A stretch of DNA of 64,000 nt. It comes from Alphaproteobacteria bacterium. GTDB taxonomy: Bacteria > Pseudomonadota > Alphaproteobacteria > SMXQ01. Positions 21,527-30,355 of the stretch are shown in pieces (within the stretch, counting starts at the first letter, position 1; the number at the start of each line of letters is the position of its first letter). The stretch spans positions 537,447 through 601,446 of the forward strand of contig JAYPPT010000001.1 in the NCBI GenBank assembly GCA_038131655.1, written 5' to 3'. The notes below the pieces were generated by a model that ran no database searches, was not told the origin of the DNA, and saw only the letters and a list, made by a program, of their open reading frames with translations. Position numbers and translations under genes: made by a program.

Positions 21527-22170
21527 CCTTCATACTCCGCCATGGAAATTCTCAGTTTTTGCAGGGCCAAACGGATACGAGATTTTACGGTACCTAAAGG
21601 TAAGTCCAGCTCTCTAGCAATAACCTGGTGTGTCTTGTCTTCAAAAAATGCCTTGTGAATCACTTCGGCCTGTTCATCAGAGAGGTCCTGCATGTTTTCT
21701 GTGAGAATCTCTTCGACTTCGGATATCTCCATTTTTTCGTCGGCACCAACAGGATCGGGCATGCCCTGCAAAAGGTCCTCCGCGGTAATGGCGGGACGTT
21801 GTTCCTTGCGGAAGTGATCTATACGCTTGTTCCGGGCGATAGAAAAAATCCACGTCGTTGCAGATGCCTTCGTAGGATCGAATTGCGCCGCTCGCCGCCA
21901 CACCTGGATCATGGTTTCCTGGGCCATTTCCTCTGCGGCCGCGGCATTGGAACCACGTTTGAGGCAGTAGGCCTTGATGCGGGGGGCCATTAACCGAAAC
22001 AGATGATCGAAAGAACCCCGATCGCGATTTACCGCGACCGCTTTGATATAGCCAGCGAGTTGTTCCGCTGTGTCTTGTGCCGGTTCTTGGGCTTTCTCAG
22101 TCACAATCTTTCCTGGTGCCGTCAGGCGCCAAGCGCCAGTTTGACCGATGACTGCGAGATTATGGAACAT
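21523..22170 (-). CDS. rpoE: ECF sigma factor RpoE (sigma-E, singlet-oxygen response)
   Basis: Sigma-70 regions 2 and 4 (DHLFRLMAPRIKAYCLKRG..., LPLGTVKSRIRLALQKLR). The ATG at 22170 is preferred. An in-frame TTG at 22185 is the alternative start. Confidence 0.8.
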   Translation of the reverse strand: MFHNLAVIGQTGAWRLTAPGKIVTEKAQEPAQDTAEQLAGYIKAVAVNRDRGSFDHLFRLMAPRIKAYCLKRGSNAAAAEEMAQETMIQVWRRAAQFDPTKASATTWIFSIARNKRIDHFRKEQRPAITAEDLLQGMPDPVGADEKMEISEVEEILTENMQDLSDEQAEVIHKAFFEDKTHQVIARELDLPLGTVKSRIRLALQKLRISMAEYEG

Positions 22171-22225
22171 TGATCGGCCTTGCAACGAACATAAAAACCG
22201 GGAAAAAGTAAGGAGTTGTTTAGTG

Positions 22226-22252
22226 TACGGCTGAAACCGCCCGCCGGATCAC
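22226..22252 (-). promoter_or_regulatory. Candidate autoregulated sigma-E promoter upstream of rpoE
   Basis: On the minus strand: TGATCC (22247-22252), a 16-bp spacer, CGTA (22226-22229), about 50 nt upstream of the rpoE start. Confidence 0.55.
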
Positions 22253-22310
22253 AGGGAGATTAAGGCCCCGCCGGCGGGCGGGGCCTTGGGCTGAAAAGCT
22301 CGGGGGGGGG

Positions 22311-22820
22311 TTAGCCTTTCGGCAGAATCACGGTGTCGATCACGTGGATGATACCGTTGGAGGCCTCGATGTCGGCCTTGGTTACCGTGGCGTTATTGAC
22401 CATTACACCCTTGGTCGCATTGACGCTGACATTGCTGCCCTGCACCGTGGCGACGGAAAGTGTCTTGCCGGCAATATCGCTGGAGGCGACGCGACCGGAC
22501 AACACGTGATAAGTGAGAATGGCCTGTAGCTTGGCCTTGTTTTCCGGCTTCAGGAGATCGGCTACGGTGCCCGCAGGAAGCTTGCCGAAAGCCGCATCGG
22601 TGGGCGCAAACACCGTGAACGGCCCCTTGGCCTTGAGGGTATCAACAAGCCCGGCAGCCTTAACGGCGGCAACAAGGGTATTGAAGCTTCCATTAGAAGC
22701 GGCCACGTCAACGATATCCATTTTCTTGGCGCCATAAGAGCTTGCCACGGCGGAAAAGGCACCGATGGCTAAGGGGATCGCAAGGGCGGCCGCGGCCAGC
22801 CCGGAAACGAAGCGGTTCAT
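22311..22820 (-). CDS. Fasciclin (FAS1) domain periplasmic protein
   Basis: Signal peptide ([24 protein letters not shown]) followed by a FAS1 domain ([11 protein letters not shown]...[13 protein letters not shown]). The start was moved to the internal Met at 22820. Confidence 0.8.
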   Translation of the reverse strand: MNRFVSGLAAAALAIPLAIGAFSAVASSYGAKKMDIVDVAASNGSFNTLVAAVKAAGLVDTLKAKGPFTVFAPTDAAFGKLPAGTVADLLKPENKAKLQAILTYHVLSGRVASSDIAGKTLSVATVQGSNVSVNATKGVMVNNATVTKADIEASNGIIHVIDTVILPKG

Positions 22821-22911
22821 GTTTATCTCCACAGGTTGATCAGGTTGTATGGTCTCTAATCGGCTACCGGTTTCCCAAGGGGCGGGACGTCCATCGGTAA
22901 TCAAAAATGCT

Positions 22912-22937
22912 TACGTCGTGAATGTGGGCCCGGATCA
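22912..22937 (-). promoter_or_regulatory. Candidate sigma-E promoter upstream of the fasciclin gene
   Basis: On the minus strand: TGATCC (22932-22937), a 16-bp spacer, CGTA (22912-22915), about 90 nt upstream of the start. Confidence 0.55.
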
Positions 22938-23630
22938 ATGGAAGTGCGAATAACACCTAAATTTTTTTCGGCAGTGGTGCGGAACGTTCCGCAATACCAG
23001 CACAGGCAGCGGGTTTGACCGGTGCTTGCTTCGATACAGTTGCCAACGAAATTTTCAACCGTTTCCTGTCGGTTCCTAGGTCTCAATAACCAATATGCGA
23101 AGCCGAGTAGGCGGTAATGGTGGAGGATGCGGGACCAAGGTAAATAAATTGGAAATACACATCATACTTGAAATGCAGCAGGGGTATTTAGATCTAAGAA
23201 AAAAAGTTGTATCGGCATCCCGCCAAATTTATCTGACATGCTTTATCTGAGACAATGACTGTTCAAGAATGTCCCCTATTGTTTGCGCTAAACCAACTAA
23301 AGGGGTGGGCATTCATTGGACTGAGCGGGAAAGTCGGCGGGCACGATCAGCTAGTCATTCGGCGTCGATGGTCGCATGAGAACGCGAAAAAAATTGGGGT
23401 AATACCGAATAATCGGACGGATCTGAGATCATGGGGGCTGATTCTTGACGTGATTTGACCACGGCTGTACCCGCCGTCATTATCGGCACGGGCCTCCCTG
23501 GCCGGCATCTGAACTTAGACCACGGCTCCCAGCGCATGGGCAAGCAACAGGGATATCCACAAAAGTAGGCATGAAAGGCACAGTTGCGGTCCTTAGTTGC
23601 GGCCCTCGTAACAGCCAACGTACTTAATGA

Positions 23631-23759
23631 TCATGCCAGGCCTGAGACAAATATGACGGCTGCAATTGAGGCCCATGCAGCCGCGCCCAGCTTGAAAATT
23701 TGGCGCATGTCGCTATTGATTTCGTTAACGCGAATGGAAAGTTCTGTCGGAGTAAGCAT
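23631..23759 (-). CDS. Candidate 42-aa single-TM small protein, not in the ORF track (<60 aa)
   Basis: MLTPTELSIRVNEINSDMRQIFKLGAAAWASIAAVIFVSGLA, with GAGGT 6 nt upstream of the ATG. Lies in the low-GC non-coding stretch. Speculative. Confidence 0.2.
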   Translation of the reverse strand: MLTPTELSIRVNEINSDMRQIFKLGAAAWASIAAVIFVSGLA

Positions 23760-24068
23760 GACAGGTACCTCGTGTTATTAGGTTCACGAAGGTTTCTACG
23801 CGAGTTCCCGGTCACTGGATCACAACCCGGGAGAATTTTACGGGTGCTGTGCGGCATGGCTAAAAATAATATATATATATGAATAGCCTAGAATGCAGTC
23901 CCGCTTGATCTGCGCAGTACCCATCCCGACGCTTACCGGCATCATCCGGCCGAGGGTCACGCTCTCTCCCCTATAACGGGAAATTCCGGCGAAGACGGAT
24001 CAGCCCAAGACGGGTCCTACGGTCATCTTGAATTTTCAAAGGCGTTAAAGGGCTGTAAGAATAGTCAC

Positions 24069-25040
24069 ATGGAGTTCACGACACTTGGACAAACGGGCCT
24101 GAAAGTAAGCGTTGCCGGGATGGGGTCGGGCGGGCCCAGCCGGCTTGGCCGGAAAAAGGGCGTGCCGATCGACCATGGGATCGACCTGATTCATCGCGCC
24201 ATTGATCTCGGGATTAATTTTTTCGACACTGCGCATAATTACGGCACCGAAGGGGTCGTGGGCGCCGCGGTGAAATCCGTGCTGCGAGATTCGGTGGTTT
24301 TGTCGACCAAATATCATGTGGAAGACGTGTCGGCAGACGAGATTGTCGAGGCGCTCGACAATGCGCTGCGCACCATGGGTGTCGATTATCTGGATATCTT
24401 TCATCTTCATGGCGTCGTACCCGGGGAATACGATCATGCCCGCGATGTCCTTGTGCCGGCCTTACTGCGCGAGCGCGAGCGGGGCAAGTTCCGGTTTCTG
24501 GGTATTACCGAAGGAACCGCTAGTGACCTAGAGCACGCGATGTTGACGCGCGCGCTGAAGGACGATGTCTGGGATGTCATCATGGTATCGTTCAACATGA
24601 TGCATCAGGGGGCGATGGACCATGTTCTGCCGGAAGCGCGCAAGCGCGGCGTCGGTACGCTGGTTATGGCGCCGGCGCGCTGCCAGGTCGGCACACCGGA
24701 TCGTCTGGCGCAGACACTCAGGGAAATGGCGGCGGAAGGCCAGTTGCCGGCGGCGGTAGGCGAAACTGATGATCCGCTCGGTTTTCTGTTGCAGGAGGGT
24801 GGCGCCGAGAATCTTCTCGATGCCGCCTACCGATTTGCCCGTCATGCATCCGGGGCCGATGTCGTCCTGTTCGGAACCGGTGATCCGGCCCATCTGGAGG
24901 CTAATGTCGCTTCGCTACTTGCCCCGCCTCTGTCCGAGGCTGGATTCGCCCGACTGAGGGAGCAATTTGGCAAGCTCAAGGGTGTCGGGCTCAGGCAGAT
25001 TCGGCGCAACGAGAGGATTCCCCCAACGCCTGTTGCCTAG
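24069..25040 (+). CDS. Aldo/keto reductase
   Basis: 323 aa. AKR motifs (IDLGINFFDTAHNYG..., catalytic YHV/K). Confidence 0.8.
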   Translation: MEFTTLGQTGLKVSVAGMGSGGPSRLGRKKGVPIDHGIDLIHRAIDLGINFFDTAHNYGTEGVVGAAVKSVLRDSVVLSTKYHVEDVSADEIVEALDNALRTMGVDYLDIFHLHGVVPGEYDHARDVLVPALLRERERGKFRFLGITEGTASDLEHAMLTRALKDDVWDVIMVSFNMMHQGAMDHVLPEARKRGVGTLVMAPARCQVGTPDRLAQTLREMAAEGQLPAAVGETDDPLGFLLQEGGAENLLDAAYRFARHASGADVVLFGTGDPAHLEANVASLLAPPLSEAGFARLREQFGKLKGVGLRQIRRNERIPPTPVA

Positions 25041-26278
25041 CGCTTGGCCTGGGTGTCGCCGAGAACGCGGCTCAGCCCGAAGACGACGCCAATGGCGCAT
25101 AGCGAGAGATACAGGAAGGCGAAACCAAAGCCCGCGCGCTCGGCAATCAGGCCGTAGATCGCCGGAGAAATCGCTGCCGCCAACTGGGCGATGGTGCGCC
25201 AGATCGCAAAAAATCGCCCGCGATTGTCCTGCGGGGAAAGGTCCGTGCCCAGCACCTGCATGGTGCCGCCGGTGGTGCCTGCGGTTGCCTGGACCAGGAC
25301 ATAGGTAGCGAGAAAATAGCTCATCGGCAGCGGGTAAAATGCGGTCAGTGACATCAGCGCCACCGCGATCCCGTAGGCGGCAAAGCCCGGCGCGATGACC
25401 GCGCGGCGGCCAAACTTGTCCATGAGATAGCCGGTGATGAATGGCACCGGGATTCCGAACGCGATGGCGATCGTGTTTAGCAATCCGAGCTCGCCCGGCC
25501 CCATGTTGTAGGCATACACCGCATAGAGGTTCAGCGAACCTTGTTCCTGCCCGCCCCGGCAGAACTGAGCCAGGACCTGGATGCACAGGAAGACGACGAT
25601 CTGGAAGGTGATCATGTACTTAATCACCGGTTTCCATCCCTCCTCTGACTTCGCTTCCGTTGATTCGGATGCGGGAGTGTCTTTTTTTCGGCTTCGGCTC
25701 GGCGCCGTCTCCTCGATCAGGTTGTAGGCGGGGATAATGGCGACTACCGTCAGCGCAGCATAGACCGTGAACGGAATCCACAGGCCATAGGCCGCCGCCA
25801 GGAAGCCGCCCAATGTAGGTCCGAACAGCTGGCCGGCGCGGGTCATGCCCATCATCCATTGCATCTGTCGTGCGCGCTGGTCCGGCGCTGCCGTGTCGGC
25901 GATGACGAGCACGCGGCCCTGTTGCCAGAGCAAGGTGGCGCCGCCCACCAGGAATCGCCAGAACAAAAGTTCGATAAAGGTATTCGAGAAAGGCGTCATT
26001 AACGAGCCGATGGCCGTCAGCACAGGGCCGGCCAACAGCACCGGGCGGCGGCCGATCTTGTCCATAAGGTAGCCCGCCGGAAAGGTCGCGACGAACGCGC
26101 CTGCGCTATATGCCACGAAGACGAAGGCGGCCGCATCGACCCCGATCCCGTAGGACTTGGTGAGCCCCGGAATGACCGGCGCGACCATGCTCTGGCCGAG
26201 CGCCAGCATGGTGGCGGGCAGGTAGAGCGAGAGAATCAGTTGCCTGGAGAGGACTCCAGGCGGTTGGGGGTCAGACAC
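25037..26278 (-). CDS. MFS transporter
   Basis: 413 aa, 12 predicted TM helices, GRRPVLLAG-type loop motifs. Confidence 0.8.
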   Translation of the reverse strand: MSDPQPPGVLSRQLILSLYLPATMLALGQSMVAPVIPGLTKSYGIGVDAAAFVFVAYSAGAFVATFPAGYLMDKIGRRPVLLAGPVLTAIGSLMTPFSNTFIELLFWRFLVGGATLLWQQGRVLVIADTAAPDQRARQMQWMMGMTRAGQLFGPTLGGFLAAAYGLWIPFTVYAALTVVAIIPAYNLIEETAPSRSRKKDTPASESTEAKSEEGWKPVIKYMITFQIVVFLCIQVLAQFCRGGQEQGSLNLYAVYAYNMGPGELGLLNTIAIAFGIPVPFITGYLMDKFGRRAVIAPGFAAYGIAVALMSLTAFYPLPMSYFLATYVLVQATAGTTGGTMQVLGTDLSPQDNRGRFFAIWRTIAQLAAAISPAIYGLIAERAGFGFAFLYLSLCAIGVVFGLSRVLGDTQAKR

Positions 26279-26351
26279 TCGAACCTGCTCGAGTATGGAG
26301 GAACATGCACGGAACGTGGTCGCGCGGGATCGGGCTTCCCGCGATCAAGCC

Positions 26352-27536
26352 TCAGTTCTTCTTTTTCTTCTTTTTACGGCCCTTTTTCTTCCGGCCCTTA
26401 CCCACCGGGTTGGTCCATTTCGCGTTCCACATCTTCAGCATCTTCTTGTGCATTTCGCCGCCAAGAAGCGCGTCGTCGCGGATGCTCTTTTTCTTGCCCT
26501 TCACCAGCTCAAAGACCGAATTGAAGCGCGGCTGGTCAAGGTCCTTGTGAGCAGGAATGACGTAGGACTTGTAATACTGCAGCAGTTGCCCTTCACGGCT
26601 GAGTACCCAGTTGATGAACAGCCGGGCCCCGTTCTTGTTGGGTGAATTATTCAGCATAGCGATCGGCGATACGGTGACCGGCACTGGTTCCGGGCAGGCC
26701 ACCTGCACTGGCGCACCCTTGTCCATGTAACGGCGGATTTGCCATTCGGGCGCCGGCAGGTTGGCGGTGAATTCACCGGCGACCGTCAGCGCCGTGGCCG
26801 CGCTCATGCCTTCCTTGCGCTGCTGCGGCCGCACATCCTGAAACAGGCGATTAATGAAGTTTTCGCCCCACTTCTCACCCTTCAGGTGCCAAAGGCCCAG
26901 CAGCCACGAATTGGGATGATTGGTGACGGCAAGCTTGCCGCCGCGCAAAAGCTTGTTGGTCAGCAGGTCATCCCAGTTGGTGGGAAGGTCGGCCTTGTTG
27001 ATCGACTTTGTATTGAAGCCGAGGCAGCGGTAGGAAAGCTTGTGGCTGACCCAGGTCTTGTCCGGGGCGATGTAATCGGCCGGCACATTATTGAGACCGG
27101 GAAGATCGCTGAGGTCCGCCAACGCCTTCATGTTTTTGAAGGGAATGATCGAATCGGCAAAGCTCGTGATGACATCGCCGATAACGCGGCCTTCCTTCAG
27201 GGCAATGACGACGTTCAGCCCGCGCGCCCGTGTGCCGGAACGGTGGTAGTTTAGCTTGACGTTAGGATAGCGCTCGCGGAAGGGCGCAGCCATGGTGCGG
27301 AACTGCCGGTTCGGCCAGGTGCCTAGGATCACAACCTCTTCTTCCTTGGCGGCACCGTCAATCCATGCCTTGGGAACCTTGAGCTCGGCCTCCAGCCCCT
27401 TCATCAGCGACGGCTCTACCTTCAGCTCTGTCAGCACCTTCTGGGTCGATTTGGGCAGGTCTGCCGCGTTGGATGCCGCGACACCGGCCAATGTCACCGT
27501 CGCGGCGACGGCAATTGCGTGAAATCCCCTGTGCAT
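26352..27536 (-). CDS. ABC-type periplasmic solute-binding protein (family 1 / PotD-FbpA-like) with a lysine-rich C-terminal tail
   Basis: Signal peptide (MHRGFHAIAVAATVTLAGVAASNA), ~390 aa binding-protein fold. The C-terminus ends GKGRKKKGRKKKKKKN. No adjacent permease or ATPase. Confidence 0.7.
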   Translation of the reverse strand: MHRGFHAIAVAATVTLAGVAASNAADLPKSTQKVLTELKVEPSLMKGLEAELKVPKAWIDGAAKEEEVVILGTWPNRQFRTMAAPFRERYPNVKLNYHRSGTRARGLNVVIALKEGRVIGDVITSFADSIIPFKNMKALADLSDLPGLNNVPADYIAPDKTWVSHKLSYRCLGFNTKSINKADLPTNWDDLLTNKLLRGGKLAVTNHPNSWLLGLWHLKGEKWGENFINRLFQDVRPQQRKEGMSAATALTVAGEFTANLPAPEWQIRRYMDKGAPVQVACPEPVPVTVSPIAMLNNSPNKNGARLFINWVLSREGQLLQYYKSYVIPAHKDLDQPRFNSVFELVKGKKKSIRDDALLGGEMHKKMLKMWNAKWTNPVGKGRKKKGRKKKKKKN

Positions 27537-27660
27537 AACGAAATCCTTCTTTATGGAGTAGGCGTTTGTTTTTTGTTTCCGTCAAGCCTAGCCGGACGGG
27601 TAAAGGCTTGGCAAGTCCGGTACGATGCTAGCGCCAATTATCCTGCGTTGTAGGGCGGCT

Positions 27661-27912
27661 TCAGGTCGATGCCGGCGGGCGGGAAATCGCCCAGAGGCCA
27701 AGGCTTAGTGCCAGCAGAGTGCCGCCCACCCAGTAAAAACTGTCGGTAAGCCCAACCACGGCAACCACGGCGCCCATGACCGGCGGCAGCACTGTCTGCA
27801 GCAGCCTTTTCAGGGAAATATGCAGGCCGGAAACGGTACCCTCGATCCCGGTGAGGCGATGCCCGTCAACGGCTATGCAAGCTGGATGCCGCGCCCGCTG
27901 AAGACCGCCCAT
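27661..27912 (-). CDS. Hypothetical 83-aa ORF, possibly a remnant of a membrane protein
   Basis: The C-terminal half is hydrophobic (VLPPVMGAVVAVVGLTDSFYWVGGTLLALSLGLWAI). Lies in a 540-bp divergent intergenic region. Weak. Confidence 0.2.
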   Translation of the reverse strand: MGGLQRARHPACIAVDGHRLTGIEGTVSGLHISLKRLLQTVLPPVMGAVVAVVGLTDSFYWVGGTLLALSLGLWAISRPPAST

Positions 27913-28077
27913 AGTTAACGGTTAATCGCCAAAGATCCCGACGCATACGCCCATAATCCACCCTATGCGCTGCAAATTCTTTATGACAGTCTCCAAAGCC
28001 TTGAGGTACGGGTTTCCGTGGACCTGTCCAAAATGAAACGTCGGTAGAAGGGCCGGTATTAGCTATTCGGAGGTGCC

Positions 28078-29076
28078 ATGCGCGCGCTCGTCTGTGACCA
28101 GTGGTGCGATTACAATGACCTGACCGTGCGGAATGTTCCCGAATCGGAAATGCGGTCGGGCGCCGTCCGGGTGCGTGTCGCCGCGGCCGGGGTCAGTTAT
28201 TCGACCCAGATCGTCGTGGCGGGAAAATACCAGCGTAAGCCGCCGCTGCCGTTCGTGCCCGGCACCGATATCGCCGGCACCGTGATCGAGGTGGCCGACG
28301 ACGTCACCGGGCTCAAGCCCGGCATGCGGGTGTTTGCCCCGGTGGACTGGGGCGGCTCGGCCGAGCAGGTCATCGTTGATGCCATCCACGCGACGGTCCT
28401 GCCTGAGCCGCTGGACCTTGCGGCCTCGGTCGCCCTGCCGGTCAGCTATTCGACCGCCGCCAGCGCCCTGATGTGGCGTGCCCATCTGGGGCCGGGCGAT
28501 TGGCTACTGGTTCATGGTGCCGGTGGCGGGGTCGGGCTCGCCGCGGTGGAAATTGGCAAGGCCTTGGGCGCCCGGGTCATTGCCTGCGCCGGGGTGGACA
28601 AGCATGGGGTTCTCACCGCGCGCGGCGCCGACGCGGTGATCGATAGCGCTGCGTCGTCTTTCCGCGAGGAGGTTTTGCGGCTTTCCGGCGGCGGCGTTCA
28701 GGCGGTGCTGGACCCGTTGGGTGGCGCCATTTTCGATGAAAGCCTCCGTTGCCTCGCCGAAGGCGGTGCGCTTGTCAGCATCGGCTATGTCAGCGGTAAG
28801 ATCCCCGAGGTCGCAGCCAATATCGTGATGCTGAAGAATATCGCGGTAGCCGGGCTCAACTGGGGCCTCTACATCGGCTGGTCGCCGGGGGACAACCGGG
28901 CGCATTACGCGCCGCGCGCGCAGGCGCTGTGGGCTCAGCTGGTGGATTTGTGGCAGGCGGGCAAGATCGCCCCGACGGTTCACGCGCGCTTCCCCTTGGC
29001 CGATTTCCGGGCGGCGATGGGGGAGGTCCGCGCGCGGCGCGCCGTCGGCAGGGTCGTGCTGTTGCCGCAGGAATGA
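28078..29076 (+). CDS. Quinone oxidoreductase / medium-chain dehydrogenase-reductase (zinc-independent MDR)
   Basis: 332 aa. GroES-like N-terminus and Rossmann motif LVHGAGGGVGLAAVEI. Confidence 0.8.
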   Translation: MRALVCDQWCDYNDLTVRNVPESEMRSGAVRVRVAAAGVSYSTQIVVAGKYQRKPPLPFVPGTDIAGTVIEVADDVTGLKPGMRVFAPVDWGGSAEQVIVDAIHATVLPEPLDLAASVALPVSYSTAASALMWRAHLGPGDWLLVHGAGGGVGLAAVEIGKALGARVIACAGVDKHGVLTARGADAVIDSAASSFREEVLRLSGGGVQAVLDPLGGAIFDESLRCLAEGGALVSIGYVSGKIPEVAANIVMLKNIAVAGLNWGLYIGWSPGDNRAHYAPRAQALWAQLVDLWQAGKIAPTVHARFPLADFRAAMGEVRARRAVGRVVLLPQE

Positions 29077-29119
29077 TAGGGGCAGGTTCGGCCTCCTTGC
29101 ATTGGCCCCCCGGCGCTCC

Positions 29120-29480
29120 CATGACTGTTATACTCACGGTCATCGTGGTCGAGGGGGTGCCGGTATCGGACGATACATTCGCGTTTGGCGATCAATTTGG
29201 CCCGGCCCAGGTCATTCACATTCCTCGGGCTGAAGGGCGTTCTGGTGGCGGATAACGTGGCCGCCGGCCCATCGATCGGGGGCTGCGCAGGGCGTCCGAT
29301 GTTCCCGCCGAGGAATGTTTCCTTCTCGCCCGCGCCATCAAGTTATTCGAGGAAAGGGGGATCGAATCCTTCGACTGTGCCGGTAACAGGCATACGACAT
29401 TCCCGGGCCGCCAGCATATCTATATCATGGACCCGGACGGTAACTCCTTAAAGCTAGCGACAGCGATCGACGGCGAATAA
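29120..29480 (+). pseudogene. Possible frameshifted glyoxalase/VOC-family remnant
   Basis: Frame A, 29120-29255, reads MTVILTVIVVEGVPVSDDTFAFGDQFGPAQVIHI... then stops. Frame B ends ...FDCAGNRHTTFPGRQHIYIMDPDGNSLKLATAIDGE* at 29480, a typical VOC C-terminus. No intact ORF spans the region. Confidence 0.3.
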
Positions 29481-29510
29481 TCAAACAACGAGAACGGGGG
29501 AGGTGCAATC

Positions 29511-30347
29511 ATGGCAACACGGGTAGGGTTAATCGGGGTGGGGGCGATGGGCTCGGCGCTGATGTCGCGCCTGCATGCGGCCGGGCATGAAGTCCAAGCC
29601 TTTGATATTTCGGAAGGGCGGATGAAATTTGCCCGCGATCAGGGCGCTACAACCGCCGCGTCGGTTGCGGACACGGCCTGCGACGTCGACGTTATCCATA
29701 TTTTCGTTCGCACCGACGATGAGTTGGTGGCTGTCACCACCGGTGCCGAGGGGGTGCTGTCCACGGCGCGGGATGGCGCGCTGATGCTTATGCACAGTAC
29801 CGTGATGCCGGACACGACGCGCAAGATCGCCGCCTTTGCCCAGGCCCGCAACGTGCGCGCCATGGACGCGCCGGTAACCGCCGTGCCACGCGTCGTCGGC
29901 GAAGGCAAGGCGGTATTCCTGATCGGCGGCGCCGATGAAGATGCGGCTATTGCCCGGCACCATCTCGAGCCACTGGGCCGCGCCGTTTATCATTTCGGCC
30001 CCGTCGGCAGCGGTAATATTGCCAAGATCGCCAAGAACCTGATCAACGCCAACGAGCGCGTGGCCCTGCTGGAAGTTGCCGCCCTGGCCGAGGCGGGTGG
30101 GCTCCGGCTCGAGCAGTTCTTCGATATGGCGGCGGCGGTGGGGCACGACTCAACCGTGTCGCGCTGGTCGGGGGCCTTTTCTGTCGAGGGCAATCACGCC
30201 GTACCGCGTCCCGCCAGCAACCTGCTCAACAAGGATATCGGCCTGGCGGCTGAGCTCGCGCGGGCCTACGGCCTCGACACCCCGATGACACAGGCGGCGG
30301 CGGATACGGCCAGGGTTTGGGTCGCGGGCTGGGAAAAGGAAGAATAA
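29511..30347 (+). CDS. NAD(P)-dependent 3-hydroxyisobutyrate-dehydrogenase-family oxidoreductase
   Basis: VGLIGVGAMGSALM N-terminal motif and 6-phosphogluconate-dehydrogenase-like C-terminal domain. 278 aa. Confidence 0.8.
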   Translation: MATRVGLIGVGAMGSALMSRLHAAGHEVQAFDISEGRMKFARDQGATTAASVADTACDVDVIHIFVRTDDELVAVTTGAEGVLSTARDGALMLMHSTVMPDTTRKIAAFAQARNVRAMDAPVTAVPRVVGEGKAVFLIGGADEDAAIARHHLEPLGRAVYHFGPVGSGNIAKIAKNLINANERVALLEVAALAEAGGLRLEQFFDMAAAVGHDSTVSRWSGAFSVEGNHAVPRPASNLLNKDIGLAAELARAYGLDTPMTQAAADTARVWVAGWEKEE

Positions 30348-30355
30348 GCCGCGCT

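Noticed and set aside
29185-29451. 88-aa ORF from the track in the QOR-dehydrogenase spacer
   Set aside because: Wrong frame relative to the VOC-like fragments. The translation is Ser/Pro-rich with no fold. The region is better explained as a frameshifted VOC pseudogene.
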